A stretch of DNA of 64,000 nt from the human T2T-CHM13v2.0 reference genome, Homo sapiens. The first letter of the stretch is position 1. The number at the start of each line of letters is the position of its first letter. The DNA lies in assembly GCF_009914755.1 (NCBI RefSeq), contig NC_060938.1. One strand, given 5' to 3'. The notes beneath the pieces are model-generated. The model was not told where the DNA came from. It saw only the letters and a program-made list of their open reading frames with translations, and made no database searches. The translations under genes were made by a program, and so were the position numbers. Below are positions 1 through 14,544 of this stretch, one piece after another.

Positions 1-790
1 TTATCTCACCTCAAGTCTTATGGAAGTTTATTTTGCTATACTGAAAATTTATAAAACTTTATTTCATTTAAAAAAACTTTCCATAACAAAAACAAAAAAA
101 AAGACACATAATCCTGTCAGCGAGAAATGGATTTTATAGGTCTTTTCAGACATAAACAACATAGTTTTTACAGATCTTTTTATGTCTGAAAAAAATCTCT
201 AAAAATCACCTCTGGATGACAGGATTATGTATCTTTTACATTTTTCATGATGAAAAATTTCAAGCACACTCAAAGTATGGACACTAATGTGAACCCTTAT
301 ATACCCGTATTTCAGTATGGGTTCTGATTATGAAGACTACCACATAACTGTTATTTATATAATTTTTGCTTATTATGTACTTTCAATTTTCCCCCCCATC
401 ATAAATACACTGCAGTAGAAAAAGAAAGTTATTTTTAGCTTAAATGATTCAAAACTATGAACTTCCTTTCTCTTGTATGTTAGTCCATCTCTTAAAATTA
501 TCAGGCCTGAGTAGAACAGCTCTGTTCATTTTATTTAGGATTAACCCACGGGAAAAAAAAAAGATATTTTAAAAAGAAGAAAAAATATTATTCTAGACAA
601 GAGTCAGAAAAGGGCCAGGCGCAGTGGCTTACGCTTGTAATCCCAGCACTTTGGGAGGCCAAGGCGGGCAGATCACCTGAGGTCAGAAGTTCAAGAACAG
701 CCTGGTCAACAGGGTGAAACTCCGTCTCTACTAAAAATACAAAAAAATTAGTCAGGCATGGTGGCCGGCACCTGTAATTCCAGATACTCA

Positions 791-1117
<327 letters not shown>

Positions 1118-2695
1118 CTATTATAGATGGGTCATTTGAATAAGAATAGAATTCGCTTCATTTCCAATAACCTTCCAAATGTATCCTGCCTATCCTTCTT
1201 GTGCAAACTGGCAGTACCTTTTTTTGGATGTCATACAGGCACCTCAAAAGTTCAACCTGCCCCGAAATAACTCATTATCTTACCTCCTTATTTTTTTCTT
1301 CTCCTTTATTTCCTTTTCTGATTAATAGTACCACCATCCAACCCAGCTGCTCAAGCTGAAAACCTGACGATAATTTTCAACTCCCACTCCCATCCTTAAA
1401 CAAGGCCTACAGAATTCCACTTTCTAACTTTCAAATCTGTTATCTCCTTTTCTCACTATCCCTGTCTTAATCCAGATCTTCATCTCCTCCTGCAGTGACT
1501 CCCGTAATAAAGGATTTTCCCCCTACAAGGATCTTCCCTCTCTAGCCCAAACACTGGATTACTTTTCTAAAATGCAAATGGTCCACATCATTCCCTTCCT
1601 TAAAAATATTCCCTCGAAAAGATCCGAATTCTTTAATTACACAAAGCTTTCTAACTTCACCTCTCAATTCTTCTCACTCTCTATTCAGTCTAGTCCAAAG
1701 AAATGCTTAAGTGTATTTAAATCCACCACTCTTTCATACCTCTACCACTTTATCTTTGCCTAGGATACATTTCCTATCCCCACTCTCCACTCATTTTTTA
1801 TCAATAGCATTAAAGAAAGGGCTCCTGACTTGAGCATGACTTTGGAGTATTTCTAAAATCCGTTACAACTCCATGATTCTACCAGCCAATACTCAGTGTT
1901 AACTATTCATTAAATCACTATTCCCTAAATACTGTGAGGCAGGAGTATTATTTTATTTAATTTATCTAGCAGTGTCAGCAGTGACAGGCCCACAATGATT
2001 GAATAAGGACTCCCACATATTAGAAGTAACCGCTACATACTATCACATTTCGGATTAAATTAGATTAAAAAAAAATCTCTACAAGGATGGGGCCATTGTT
2101 TCATTCACTACTATATCCCTGGCACCTAGAAATCGCTCTGACATAAGGGCACTAAATAAATACTTTCTGAAATAATTAATTTAAATTATGTTCCCTAATT
2201 ATCCTAACGCCTGCAAACTTTCCTTTGCAAACTCAACCTTCATTAGGCTTCAGGTCTCAAGTTGTGTGGAGTTGTACTGAGCATTAGGAATGAGGAAGGA
2301 GGGACAGGCTTCTCAGGTTGGCACAGGTCTGTCCAGTGCATGGCTCAAGTGCTGGAAGTGCCAGCAAAACTAAGTAGGCTCTGCAGTTAACCCTCTCGTA
2401 AATAATGGCAGGGACAACACTAAAAGTACCAAAATCTGTGGCGTGCAAGACAAACGTACGGGAATAGACAAAAGAGAATCAAATAGAAGAAGATACGAAA
2501 GAGAAAACGATGAAAGATGACGGTTCAAAGGAGACAACTGACAGGTTCTAGGGTTTAGGACACCTGGAGGTGGACCATTTTGTGTACACCTCGGGAGGCG
2601 TCGGGTGGCGATGGGACAGGGGTTGAAGGAAAGCACTGAGGGGAAACAAGGTGTGTCACCGCAAAAGGACCTCAAGGTTGTGTGGCAGCACTCAC

Positions 2696-2776
2696 CACCT
2701 CCCCCTGCTCCGCGGACTTGTACACTCCAGACACCATCTCGTTATGGAGAAGCAAAAACAACGCCTCATCCGCCAT
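2696..2776 (-). CDS. TRAPPC6B: TRAPPC6B coding exon 1 (TRAPP complex subunit 6B); rest of gene lies left of the window
   Basis: Reverse strand from ATG at 2776 reads MADEALFLLLHNEMVSGVYKSAEQGEV (81 nt), then a GTGAGT donor; matches the recalled TRAPPC6B N-terminus. Not in the ORF track because it is short. Confidence 0.95.
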
Positions 2777-3240
2777 TTCCTGCTAATTCTTCCAAGCTTC
2801 GAGTTTTGGCTCCCGTTTGAGCTGGTCTGGGGGTTCCAGCTCGCGCCTCAGCGACTTCGCCGGCGCCGCGGCTCCGTCAGGCCGCCATTCTATCCCTGTG
2901 GCTAAGAGACCGAGGTATTCACACGACTTCCCAAAGGCTGGTACTGAAATGAGTCTGGTACTGGAGAGAGCCCACACTTCGGGGCTACCAAATCCTAGGG
3001 CCGAACTAAAGTCTGACGGGAGCTCTAACCAAAGCCAACCAGCTGAGATGCGATCCGGCCGCTGGGCGGGGGCGAAAAAAACAACTTCCGGTCCCCTCTA
3101 CCCCGGCATTCGGCCAGCTCTATGATCACTGAGTTCCTCTCTCCCAAGCCCGGAGAGGCCAGCGCCCAGATATGAGGAAGGTTCCCCTCTCACCACGATG
3201 TCGGGGGCAGAGCAAGATAAAATAAGACCTAAAGCTCCCG
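2777..3240 (-). promoter_or_regulatory. CpG-rich TRAPPC6B 5'UTR/promoter
   Basis: CpG-dense; GC box GGGCGGGG ~3064-3071; ETS-like ACTTCCGG ~3084-3091. Confidence 0.7.
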
Positions 3241-3307
3241 CCTGGCCCGGGCGCGGTGGCTCACGCCTGTAATCCCAGCACTTTGGGTGGCGGAGGCGGG
3301 TGGATCA

Positions 3308-3574
<267 letters not shown>

Positions 3575-4056
3575 TTAAAAAAATTCTTTTGGCTTCATCA
3601 AAAGCATCCACTTCCTGCCATATGTTCTTCAAATATGAAAAGTTGTAGAAAGAGTTTAAAATATACGTTTTCACAGTGCAAATTTTTTAAATATTGAAAA
3701 GTTATCCCAATTCCTATTGAATTAAGCCCGGGTATACAAAAAGAATTAGAGCCATTTTGACCACCAGGAATTTTCCTGTTAGTGGGGTGCAAGGGACAAG
3801 GGAAGTGGAGCAAACGAAAAACAAGATACACTTGAACCGGAAAATACAGACTAATCAGAGGATTAGGTGAAAAGTGCTATAGAATTCAGAAAAGCGATGT
3901 CACTGCAGGATGGAGTTGCTAATAATCTACAGCAGTGTGAGACAACTGTAGGAATTGTCCCACTGCATGTGCAAATAAATACACATGCTACATCATAGTA
4001 TGTACATCTTAAATTTGGCAAATTCAACCGTAAGCATGTTGCTTAGCCTGTGATTA

Positions 4057-4464
<408 letters not shown>

Positions 4465-7202
4465 TTAAGATCATGTTCCAAAATTTTAATTGTGGTAGGT
4501 TTTTTTTTTAAGCATGTCCCTTCTAATGTTTGAATCAGTTTATTCCATTCATCACGTAAATCCAGCATAAAAGCTCCACTTAAGCCTTTGAAAACACTAA
4601 ATTGTGTAATTTTGAAGAGTATTTTGCCATGGTAATCTTAATTTTTCCAGCACTAAATTTTCAGTTATGCGAAATCAGGTCCTTTATGTCTAGATGACAT
4701 TCTTGCCCTCATCACTACCATCAAGAAAAAGGAGTCCAAGTCCACCACACAAGTCAAAAAGTAAGTAAATGGCCAATTTATCAAAGTTGACTTCTCCAAC
4801 CACAATAACATGAGGCTTTTAAAGTACGTTTCTGGATAGAAAGGAAACTTATTTAATGAGGACCTACTAACTATTGAACACAGCATCCTACTTATCCTTC
4901 TCCATAAAGTTAAATTGCCAAGGCTCCTAGGAATAGATCCTATGGAAGCAAGGACAGTGAGTGTGGTGTGTGTGTGTGTGTGTTTTGAGACAGAGTTTTG
5001 CTCTTGTTGCCCAGGCTGGAGTGCAATGGCACTATCTCAGCTCACTGCAACCCCGCCTCCCGGGTTCAAGTGATTCTCCTGCCTCAGCTTCCCGAGTAGG
5101 TGGGATTACAGGCATGCACCACCAAGCCCAGCTCATTTTGTATTTTTAGTAGAGACGGGGTTTCTCCATGTTGGTCAGGCTGATCTCGAACTCGTGACCT
5201 CAGGTGATCCGCCTGCCTCGGCCTCCCAAAGTGCTGGGATTACAGACTTGAGCCACTGTGCCCAGCTGTGTGTGTTTTGTTTTGTTTGAGACAGAGTCTC
5301 ACTGTTGCCCAGGCCAGAGTGCAGTGGCATGATCTTGGCTCACTGCATGCAACCTCCACCTCCCGGGCTCAAGCAATTCTGCCTCAGCCTTCCAAGCAGC
5401 TGACACTACAGGCACTTGCCACCATGCAGGACTAATTTTGTATTTTTAGTAGAGACAGGGTTTCATCATGTTGGCCAGGCTGGTCTTGAACTCCCAATCT
5501 CAAGTGATCCGCCCACCAAGGCCTCCCAAAATCCTGGGATTACCGGGCCGACCATACATGCAAACATTCTTACACTTGCTGAATACGCTCTACTATTATC
5601 ACACTCTCATGCCTCAGGTACTGCCTAAGGTTGTACACAGACCTGTAATAAGATCAATGAGGCTAAGTATGCTCACAATCAGAATTAGATAATTGTCAAT
5701 CTTCATCCCCATTATTCATCTCTACATTTTTTTCTCCTATAGTACTTCCCGCTTTCTAACATGCTATACTATTTATTTATTTATTTATTTATTTTTGAGA
5801 CAGAGTCTCACTGCTGCCCAGGCTAGAGTGCAGTGGTGTGATGACAGCTCACTGCAGTCTCAAACTCCTGGACTCAAACAATCATCCCGCCTCAGCCTCT
5901 CCAGTACAATTTTTAAAATTTTTATTTTTAGAGACAGGATCGTTGCTATGTTGCCCAGGCTGGTCTTAACTCCTGGGCTGTAGCGATTCTCCCACCTCAG
6001 TCTCCCAAGTATCTGGGATTACAGGCACAATCCACTGGACTTGCTCAGAGATCTTTATTGTACACTGATATACCCAAGTGCCTAGAATAGCACCTGGCAC
6101 ATAGTGGGCCCTCAGTATTTGTTGAACTAATGAATGATCATTGCTCCTTTGGAAGCCTACAAACCCCACAGAAGCAGGAATCACAACTATCTTGTTCTAG
6201 GCTTTATTTTCAAACCCTAGCTTACTGCTGATACACAATGGAAGCTCTAAAAGATTGCTGGATTAAAGTGGTAGCTTGAGTTAATTAATACACTGGGCCC
6301 ACTAATTCTTTGTACAAGGAAGATAGATGCCTGGCTGAGATTATTTAAAGCATTGTTTCTGTGGGAAAGTGTTTTGTTTTTTTGTTTGTTTGGGACGGAG
6401 TCTCACTCTGTCGCACAGGCTAGAGTGCAGTGGTGCAATCTCGGCTCACTGCAACCTCCGCATCCCGGGCTCCCGAGTAGCTGGGATTACAGGCGTACAC
6501 CACCACTCCCAGCTAATTTTTGTATTTTTAGTAAAGGCGGGGTTTCCCCATGTTGGCCAGGCTGGTCTCCAACTCCTGGCCTCAAGTGATCCACCTGCCT
6601 CAGCCTCCCTAAGTGCTGGGATTACGGGCGTGAGCCACTGTGCCTGGCCTGTGAAAAAATGTTTTCTGAGCTTCAATTTGTATATATATTTATAGAACAA
6701 AACTAGTTCCTACATTGGCAGTGCAGGTAGGGCAGAACCAGAAGCGGGACAACACACACAGACACCACTAACAACAGGGCCGCTCCCTTAGGTCTGGTCT
6801 TAACCAGCTCTAGGCCAGGTGAAGAGGCTAACTCAACCATGACTGCGTGTCTGTCTCGCCATTGCTTTCTTTTCTCTAGTATAGATGCTCAGCGTCTAAT
6901 CAGAGACTGATTCTCAACTGGCGTGACCAAAGGACAGTTATATTATCTCCAGTCTCAATTTCCTTATCAGTAATAACAGGCATTTTATCCACACTTTCAG
7001 TTTGTGAGAAATAAGGCATGTAGACGGTTTCACAGAGGGTCGGGAACAAGATCAACCCCTAACAAACGTTAGCCATTATGACTAATGACTTTTACTAGTT
7101 TTCATTTTTGTCTTCCCTCTTCTCACTTTAACCTAATCAGGCTGGGCGTGGTGGCTCACGCCTGTAATCCCAGCACCCTGGGAGGTCGAGGCAGGCGAAT
7201 CA

Positions 7203-7435
<233 letters not shown>

Positions 7436-7439
7436 CTAA

Positions 7440-8530
7440 TAGAGGAAAGCACGCGCCCACCCCCTCTCTGAGCATGCGCACCAACAGAATAGCCGCGCCC
7501 TTTCCTAATTAAATCATTAACCAAGGTGAGGGTAAGGAAGAAAAGGAGGCTTGGCTAAGTCCCACTCTGATGTGATCACGTTAAAACGGTGTAAGGCACA
7601 TTACATCATAGGTTAAAAGGCCTAGAAAACTCCGCGCTCCCCTTGCCAGAACTGCAGACTCGCGAGCCTAAGTCTCCGAGAACTCAGGGATTGTGAAACC
7701 CGCCCCGACTCTGCGCTAGCAGCGGGATCCAGGCACCCGCAGCTAACTGGGGAGGGAGATGACTGCCTGGCTGACTTTTCATTGGCTCAGAGTCACAAAG
7801 GCTGCAGGTTCTTCCCCCTTCCGGTCGCTGAGTGGTTGAGGCCGGAAGACAACGCTCATCGTCATTGGCTGAGCCCGGCTGTCAGTCCTTTCGCGCCTCG
7901 GCGGCGCGGCATAGCCCGGCTCGGCCTGTAAAGCAGTCTCAAGCCTGCCGCAGGGAGAAGATGGCGGTCGCCGTGAGAACTTTGCAGGAACAGCTGGAAA
8001 AGGCCAAAGAGAGTCTTAAGAACGTGGATGAGAACATTCGCAAGCTCACCGGGCGGGATCCGAATGACGTGAGGTAAGGGCCTAACGGGAACTCGGAACT
8101 CGGAGCTCGGAGAGGCAGCCCTCAGGTCGGGGTGAATTGGGGGCGGGGAGGGCGGCCAGCCTTAAGAAGACTGGAACCTCGAGGCCTGTTCGCGGGGCGG
8201 CGGGTAAAACCCTGTTGTCGCCGAGGTGGAGAGGCCCCAGGTCCCCTCCGTAGAGCGCTGGTCTCAGGTCCCTGAGGAAGGAGAGCGAGGCCTGGGTGCG
8301 CCGGCATGCTTTCTTGGCCTGTGAGAAGACCCGGACTGCTGATTCCCGCTCTCGGCCCTGCAGGCCCGGAACTGCAGCACAAAGCCCCTTCCCGCTCCGG
8401 CGGACACCCGGCCCGTTGCTGGCCCCGAGACCCTGCCGGGACGCAACAAGCCGCCTTACCCCAGCTTCCTGTCCACGTGCAGCCTCCTCGGGGATGGCGG
8501 GATGGGGACCTGATCCAGGCTTGTTAATGT
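7440..8530 (+). promoter_or_regulatory. PNN CpG island/promoter
   Basis: High CpG; reverse CCAAT boxes (ATTGG 7781, 7864); GC box ~7699-7707; ETS CTTCCGG/CCGGAAG ~7818-7848; NRF1-like GCATGCGCA ~7472; YY1-like AAGATGGCGG over the ATG. Confidence 0.8.
7961..8073 (+). CDS. PNN: Pinin exon 1 (coding, 113 nt)
   Basis: ATG 7961, MAVAVRTLQEQLEKAKESLKNVDENIRKLTGRDPNDV; donor AG|gtaagg. Confidence 0.97.
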
Positions 8531-8758
8531 GTGGGGGCATCGAGGTGAATATAATTTCTGTGACACAGGTCCTGGAGAAACGAGGAAGTTAAATGAAATA
8601 GTACTTCCTGTCCTGTTTCAGACATTTAGATTTATTTGAAACTATCTTTTTGGAACTTTTGTGATTTTTTCTCCTTATGATCCACATCTCTGAAAGTATT
8701 TGGGTGCGACTGTGTGTGTCTACATATGATTTTGCACTGATTTGTAAATCTTTTACAG

Positions 8759-8830
8759 GCCCATCCAAGCCAGATTGCTGGCCCTTTCTGGTCCTGGTGG
8801 AGGTAGAGGACGTGGTAGTTTATTACTGAG
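8759..8830 (+). CDS. PNN: Pinin exon 2 (72 nt)
   Basis: ttttacag|G...GAG|gtaaga; PIQARLLALSGPGGGRGRGSLLL in frame. Confidence 0.95.
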
Positions 8831-9207
8831 GTAAGATTTCCTTTGGACTTTACTCATGCTGAAACTACTGGTACTTTACTAAATATGTTGGTTTGAACAA
8901 AACCTGTGATAAAATCAATAACCCAGTGTTTGTCGTCTTTGTTTTGTTTAATGTTGTAATAGACTAGATTTCTGTATAAATATAGTTATCCTGAAAAACT
9001 GGAGGTTGAAGAATATATTAAGTTTACCAATTTTGAGTGAACTTAATTCTTATAAAGTAACACTATAAAAGCATTTTGGAATGAATGCCCGTTTAAGGCT
9101 ACTTTAGTTGGAAAGATTTTTGAAAGTTTAACCATATTCTCTTGTCAAATGGAAATACCATTTATCTTGTATTTCAAGTGTTTTATGTTGAACATTTTAA
9201 ATTTCAG

Positions 9208-9276
9208 GCGTGGATTCTCAGATAGTGGAGGAGGACCCCCAGCCAAACAGAGAGACCTTGAAGGGGCAGTCAGTAG
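9208..9276 (+). CDS. PNN: Pinin exon 3 (69 nt)
   Basis: tttcag|G...TAG|gtaggt; RGFSDSGGGPPAKQRDLEGAVS. Confidence 0.93.
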
Positions 9277-9900
9277 GTAGGTTTAAAAAAAGATTCCTGA
9301 AGGCTTCTTTAGTTTCTGAGGTACCACACAAATATAAATGTTTATTAACAATAATTCTGTTTCAGCAATATTAAAATTGAGTGGTATGCCACTCCCTGCC
9401 CCCCCCAAGTTCTGTTGGTATTTGACTGAACAGTTGACTATCAGTTCCCTCAAAACGCAGTTCTGCACTCATGATAACCTAAAATTTATCCAAATAAAGG
9501 TCATGTGAAGAGTAAAATTGGAAAAATTGTCAATTAGTACCATTTTTTCTGACTTGTACTTGAAAAACTTAACCAGTTTGAAATACTTAGAAAATACAGG
9601 AGAGCAAAATTGGTTTGGGCGTTAGTTCACACATTGTAGTATCCTTTCTCTGCTGGAGGAAAGAATAAAATGGGATGGAGACTTGATAGAACAAAGCTTC
9701 TGGAAACGAGTCCTAGAAGAGAGGGCATTTGCCCTTGGTGTGCAGTTACATAAATACCTCAGTGGTCATTTAAATTAATTTTTGGCCAGGCACAGTGGCT
9801 CATCCCTGTAATCCCAGCACTTTGGGAAGCCAAGACCAGCAGATCACTTGAGCCCAGGAGTTGGAGAACAGCCTAGATACATGGTGAAATCCCATCCCTA

Positions 9901-10083
<183 letters not shown>

Positions 10084-10092
10084 CTATGACAG

Positions 10093-10165
10093 GCTGGGCG
10101 GGGAGCGTCGGACCAGAAGAGAATCACGCCAGGAAAGCGACCCGGAGGATGATGATGTTAAAAAG
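10093..10165 (+). CDS. PNN: Pinin exon 4 (73 nt)
   Basis: gacag|G...AAG|gtatt; LGGERRTRRESRQESDPEDDDVKK. Confidence 0.95.
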
Positions 10166-10273
10166 GTATTGAGATTGAAAGAACTTAAATGAATGTAGTA
10201 CCTTCACTTTACTACATTTAAAAGCACACCACTCATATGCTAGTTAAATTACTGAGATTTTCTTTTTCTGCAG

Positions 10274-10368
10274 CCAGCATTGCAGTCTTCAGTTGTAGCT
10301 ACCTCCAAAGAGCGCACACGTAGAGACCTTATCCAGGATCAAAATATGGATGAAAAGGGAAAGCAAAG
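10274..10368 (+). CDS. PNN: Pinin exon 5 (95 nt)
   Basis: ttctgcag|CCA...AAG|gtatt; [31 protein letters not shown]. Confidence 0.94.
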
Positions 10369-10521
10369 GTATTTCCCTGGGGGAAAAAAACTCTAGTGAA
10401 ATAATGCAGTTATAAGGAAAATCAAGGGATTGTTCAAGCATCCTGTAGTATTTCTTAGAAAATGATGGGTTTAAATGAAATGGATCCTGTTGACAGTAAA
10501 TTTTCTTATTCTGTTCTTTAG

Positions 10522-10597
10522 GAACCGGCGAATATTTGGCTTGTTGATGGGTACCCTTCAAAAATTTAAACAAGAATCCACTGTTGCTACTGAAAGG
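10522..10597 (+). CDS. PNN: Pinin exon 6 (76 nt)
   Basis: ctttag|G...AGG|gtatt; NRRIFGLLMGTLQKFKQESTVATER (Pinin/SDK/memA domain). Confidence 0.95.
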
Positions 10598-10894
10598 GTA
10601 TTTATCCAAGTTTTGTTTTGCATCATATATTTAAGTTATCAAAGTAGTAGATTAATGTTTTTTTTAAAAAATCCTTAAAGCTCTTTTAAGACCTAACTGT
10701 AAACCTGAAACAAAGCCAAGTAAAAACTTGGTTTAACTTCTTATAGAACAGCTTTACTTAAACATTGTGTTGGAATATAACAGTTGTTGATATCATAGCT
10801 AATAGCCTTGAAATTTAGATATGTGAAAAAAAAAAGCCTCAAGTCTCCATTTCCTTAAAGACAAATTACAGTCAGTACCAAGTGCTAAGTTCTA

Positions 10895-11219
<325 letters not shown>

Positions 11220-11427
11220 GAAAAAATGTGAAGCATATGCAGATACCTTTTTTTTTTCTTTTTCTTTTTTTTTGTAGAGATGGGGTTTTATCATGTTGCC
11301 CAGGCTGGTCTGAGCTCAAAGCAATCCACCCACCTCAGCCTCCCAGAGTGCTGGGATGACAGGTGTGAGCCACTGTGCCCGGCCTGCAGATACCTTTACA
11401 TAGTGAAAAAAAAAAAAAAAAAAAAAA

Positions 11428-11650
11428 TTTTTTTTGAGATGGAGTTTGGCTCTTCTTGCTCAGGCTGGAGTGTAGTGGCGTGATCTCAGCTCACTGCAAC
11501 CTCCGCCTCTGGGGTTCAAGTGATTTCTCCTGCTTCGGCCTCCCAAGTAGCTGGGATTATAGGTGCGTGCAACCACGCCCTGTTAATTTTTTTGTGTTTT
11601 TAGTAGAGATGGTGGTGTTGGCTTCTGACTTCAGATGATCTACCTGCCTC
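11428..11650 (-). mobile_element. Internally deleted antisense Alu in PNN intron 6 (preceded by an antisense Alu monomer at 11248-11384)
   Basis: T-tract then GAGATGGAGTTTGGCTC...CAGGCTGGAGTGTAGTGG. Confidence 0.9.
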
Positions 11651-11771
11651 TAATGTTTCACGTAATTAGTATGTGTAATAACTTTTTATCATAATTGAAC
11701 TGAAATCATATATACCTTTTGTTGTAACTATTTCAACACGTAAGTATTAAAGCAGGCTACTTAACTTTTAG

Positions 11772-11927
11772 CAAAAGCGGCGCCAGGAAATTGAACAAAA
11801 ACTTGAAGTTCAGGCAGAAGAAGAGAGAAAGCAGGTTGAAAATGAAAGGAGAGAACTGTTTGAAGAGAGGCGTGCTAAACAGACAGAACTGCGGCTTTTG
11901 GAACAGAAAGTTGAGCTTGCGCAGCTG
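11772..11927 (+). CDS. PNN: Pinin exon 7 (156 nt)
   Basis: ttttag|CAA...CTG|gtgagt; coiled-coil [23 protein letters not shown]... Confidence 0.95.
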
Positions 11928-12004
11928 GTGAGTGGTAATTTGGAATTCTAAGATTGGTAATCCTTTGTGTTTACAAAAGCACTGACCCTTTACCTTTTCT
12001 TTAG

Positions 12005-12143
12005 CAAGAAGAATGGAATGAACATAATGCCAAAATAATTAAATATATAAGAACTAAGACAAAGCCCCATTTGTTTTATATTCCTGGAAGAATGTGTCCA
12101 GCTACCCAAAAACTAATAGAAGAGTCACAGAGAAAAATGAACG
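12005..12143 (+). CDS. PNN: Pinin exon 8 (139 nt)
   Basis: ctttag|CAA...ACG|gtaagt; QEEWNEHNAKIIKYIRTKTKPHLFYIPG (RSB-motif region). Confidence 0.95.
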
Positions 12144-12292
12144 GTAAGTATGCGAAGAGGTCCATTGAATTGTTCATAGTGGGTAAGGTAATATGTTCAT
12201 ATGCACACGTTTGTTTTCTAAAATAATTATGATTCAGTGATTGGTTTGCTGTGTTTGCTTTTTTTTTTTAAATAAGATAATAAGATATTCTA

Positions 12293-12644
<352 letters not shown>

Positions 12645-13183
12645 TCATGATGGAGTTTAATGTGAAAGTTATAGACAGTGCTTATGCATCTGTATTCCTT
12701 AAGCATTTGTGTAAAATTACTTTTTTTTGCATGCTATTATTGTTCTGATAAAATGCTAATAAGACAAATGTGAAAACCAACTCAGTTTCTAGATGGAAAA
12801 CACATGGAAGGATAGACACTGCTAAGATGATGATTTATCTCTTTGGGATCAGAAAAATTAATATATATGATTTTATGCCAAAACTGGTTCTGTTTTACAG
12901 AAGTTTTATTTTTCATCAGACATAAAGATTGATCTGTTTTCTTCATCAGTTAGAAAATGTGTAGTTCTGTCTGCCACAATTTCTAGTATGTAGATTTCCC
13001 ATGGATCTTTGCTTTTATAATTTTATGTCAGTTTGTGGTTACTTAATTGCCATAATCTTTTGTCATAACTTTACAAAAACAAATTCAGATGAAGCTTAAT
13101 GACAATTTGTGACCAGTTATAAAATTATGGCTTTGAATTTTCTTAATCGGTAAATTTTACACATGTAAATTTTTATTCTTTAG

Positions 13184-14544
13184 CTTTATTTGAAGGTAGA
13201 CGCATCGAATTTGCAGAACAAATAAATAAAATGGAGGCTAGGCCTAGAAGACAATCAATGAAGGAAAAAGAGCATCAGGTGGTGCGTAATGAAGAACAGA
13301 AGGCGGAACAAGAAGAGGGTAAGGTGGCTCAGCGAGAGGAAGAGTTGGAGGAGACAGGTAATCAGCACAATGATGTAGAAATAGAGGAAGCAGGAGAGGA
13401 AGAGGAAAAGGAAATAGCGATTGTTCATAGTGATGCAGAGAAAGAACAGGAGGAGGAAGAACAAAAACAGGAAATGGAGGTTAAGATGGAGGAGGAAACT
13501 GAGGTAAGGGAAAGTGAGAAGCAGCAGGATAGTCAGCCTGAAGAAGTTATGGATGTGCTAGAGATGGTTGAGAATGTCAAACATGTAATTGCTGACCAGG
13601 AGGTAATGGAAACTAATCGAGTTGAAAGTGTAGAACCTTCAGAAAATGAAGCTAGCAAAGAATTGGAACCAGAAATGGAATTTGAAATTGAGCCAGATAA
13701 AGAATGTAAAACCCTTTCTCCTGGGAAAGAGAATGTCAGTGCTTTAGACATGGAAAAGGAGTCTGAGGAAAAAGAAGAAAAAGAATCTGAGCCCCAACCT
13801 GAGCCTGTGGCTCAACCTCAGCCTCAGTCTCAGCCCCAGCTTCAGCTTCAATCCCAGTCCCAACCAGTACTCCAGTCCCAGCCTCCCTCTCAGCCTGAGG
13901 ATTTGTCATTAGCTGTTTTACAGCCAACACCCCAAGTTACTCAGGAGCAAGGGCATTTACTACCTGAGAGGAAGGATTTTCCTGTAGAGTCTGTAAAACT
14001 CACTGAGGTACCAGTAGAGCCAGTCTTGACAGTACATCCAGAGAGCAAGAGCAAAACCAAAACTAGGAGCAGAAGTAGAGGTCGAGCTAGAAATAAAACA
14101 AGCAAGAGTAGAAGTCGAAGCAGTAGCAGTAGCAGTTCTAGTAGCAGTTCAACCAGTAGCAGCAGTGGAAGTAGTTCCAGCAGTGGAAGTAGTAGCAGTC
14201 GCAGTAGTTCCAGTAGCAGCTCCAGTACAAGTGGCAGCAGCAGCAGAGATAGTAGCAGTAGCACTAGTAGTAGTAGTGAGAGTAGAAGTCGGAGTAGGGG
14301 CCGGGGACATAATAGAGATAGAAAGCACAGAAGGAGCGTGGATCGGAAGAGAAGGGATACTTCAGGACTAGAAAGAAGTCACAAATCTTCAAAAGGTGGT
14401 AGTAGTAGAGATACAAAAGGATCAAAGGATAAGAATTCCCGGTCCGACAGAAAGAGGTCTATATCAGAGAGTAGTCGATCAGGCAAAAGATCTTCAAGAA
14501 GTGAAAGAGACCGAAAATCAGACAGGAAAGACAAAAGGCGTTAA
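13184..14544 (+). CDS. PNN: Pinin exon 9 coding part (Glu-rich, QP repeat, poly-Ser, RS/RD tail)
   Basis: ctttag|CTTTA; contains the 437-aa ORF 13231-14544; sum of 9 exons = 2154 nt = 717 aa + TAA, the recalled pinin length. Confidence 0.97.

Noticed and set aside
7832-7960. In-frame N-terminal extension of PNN in the ORF track
   Set aside because: Starts at GTG within the promoter/TSS region; ATG 7961 has a strong Kozak context and gives the known length
8082-8592. Overlapping ORFs in PNN intron 1
   Set aside because: GC-rich CpG island depleted of stops; no recognisable homology
13941-14264. Poly-leucine signal-peptide-like ORF on the minus strand
   Set aside because: Antisense shadow of the PNN poly-serine AGC/AGT codons
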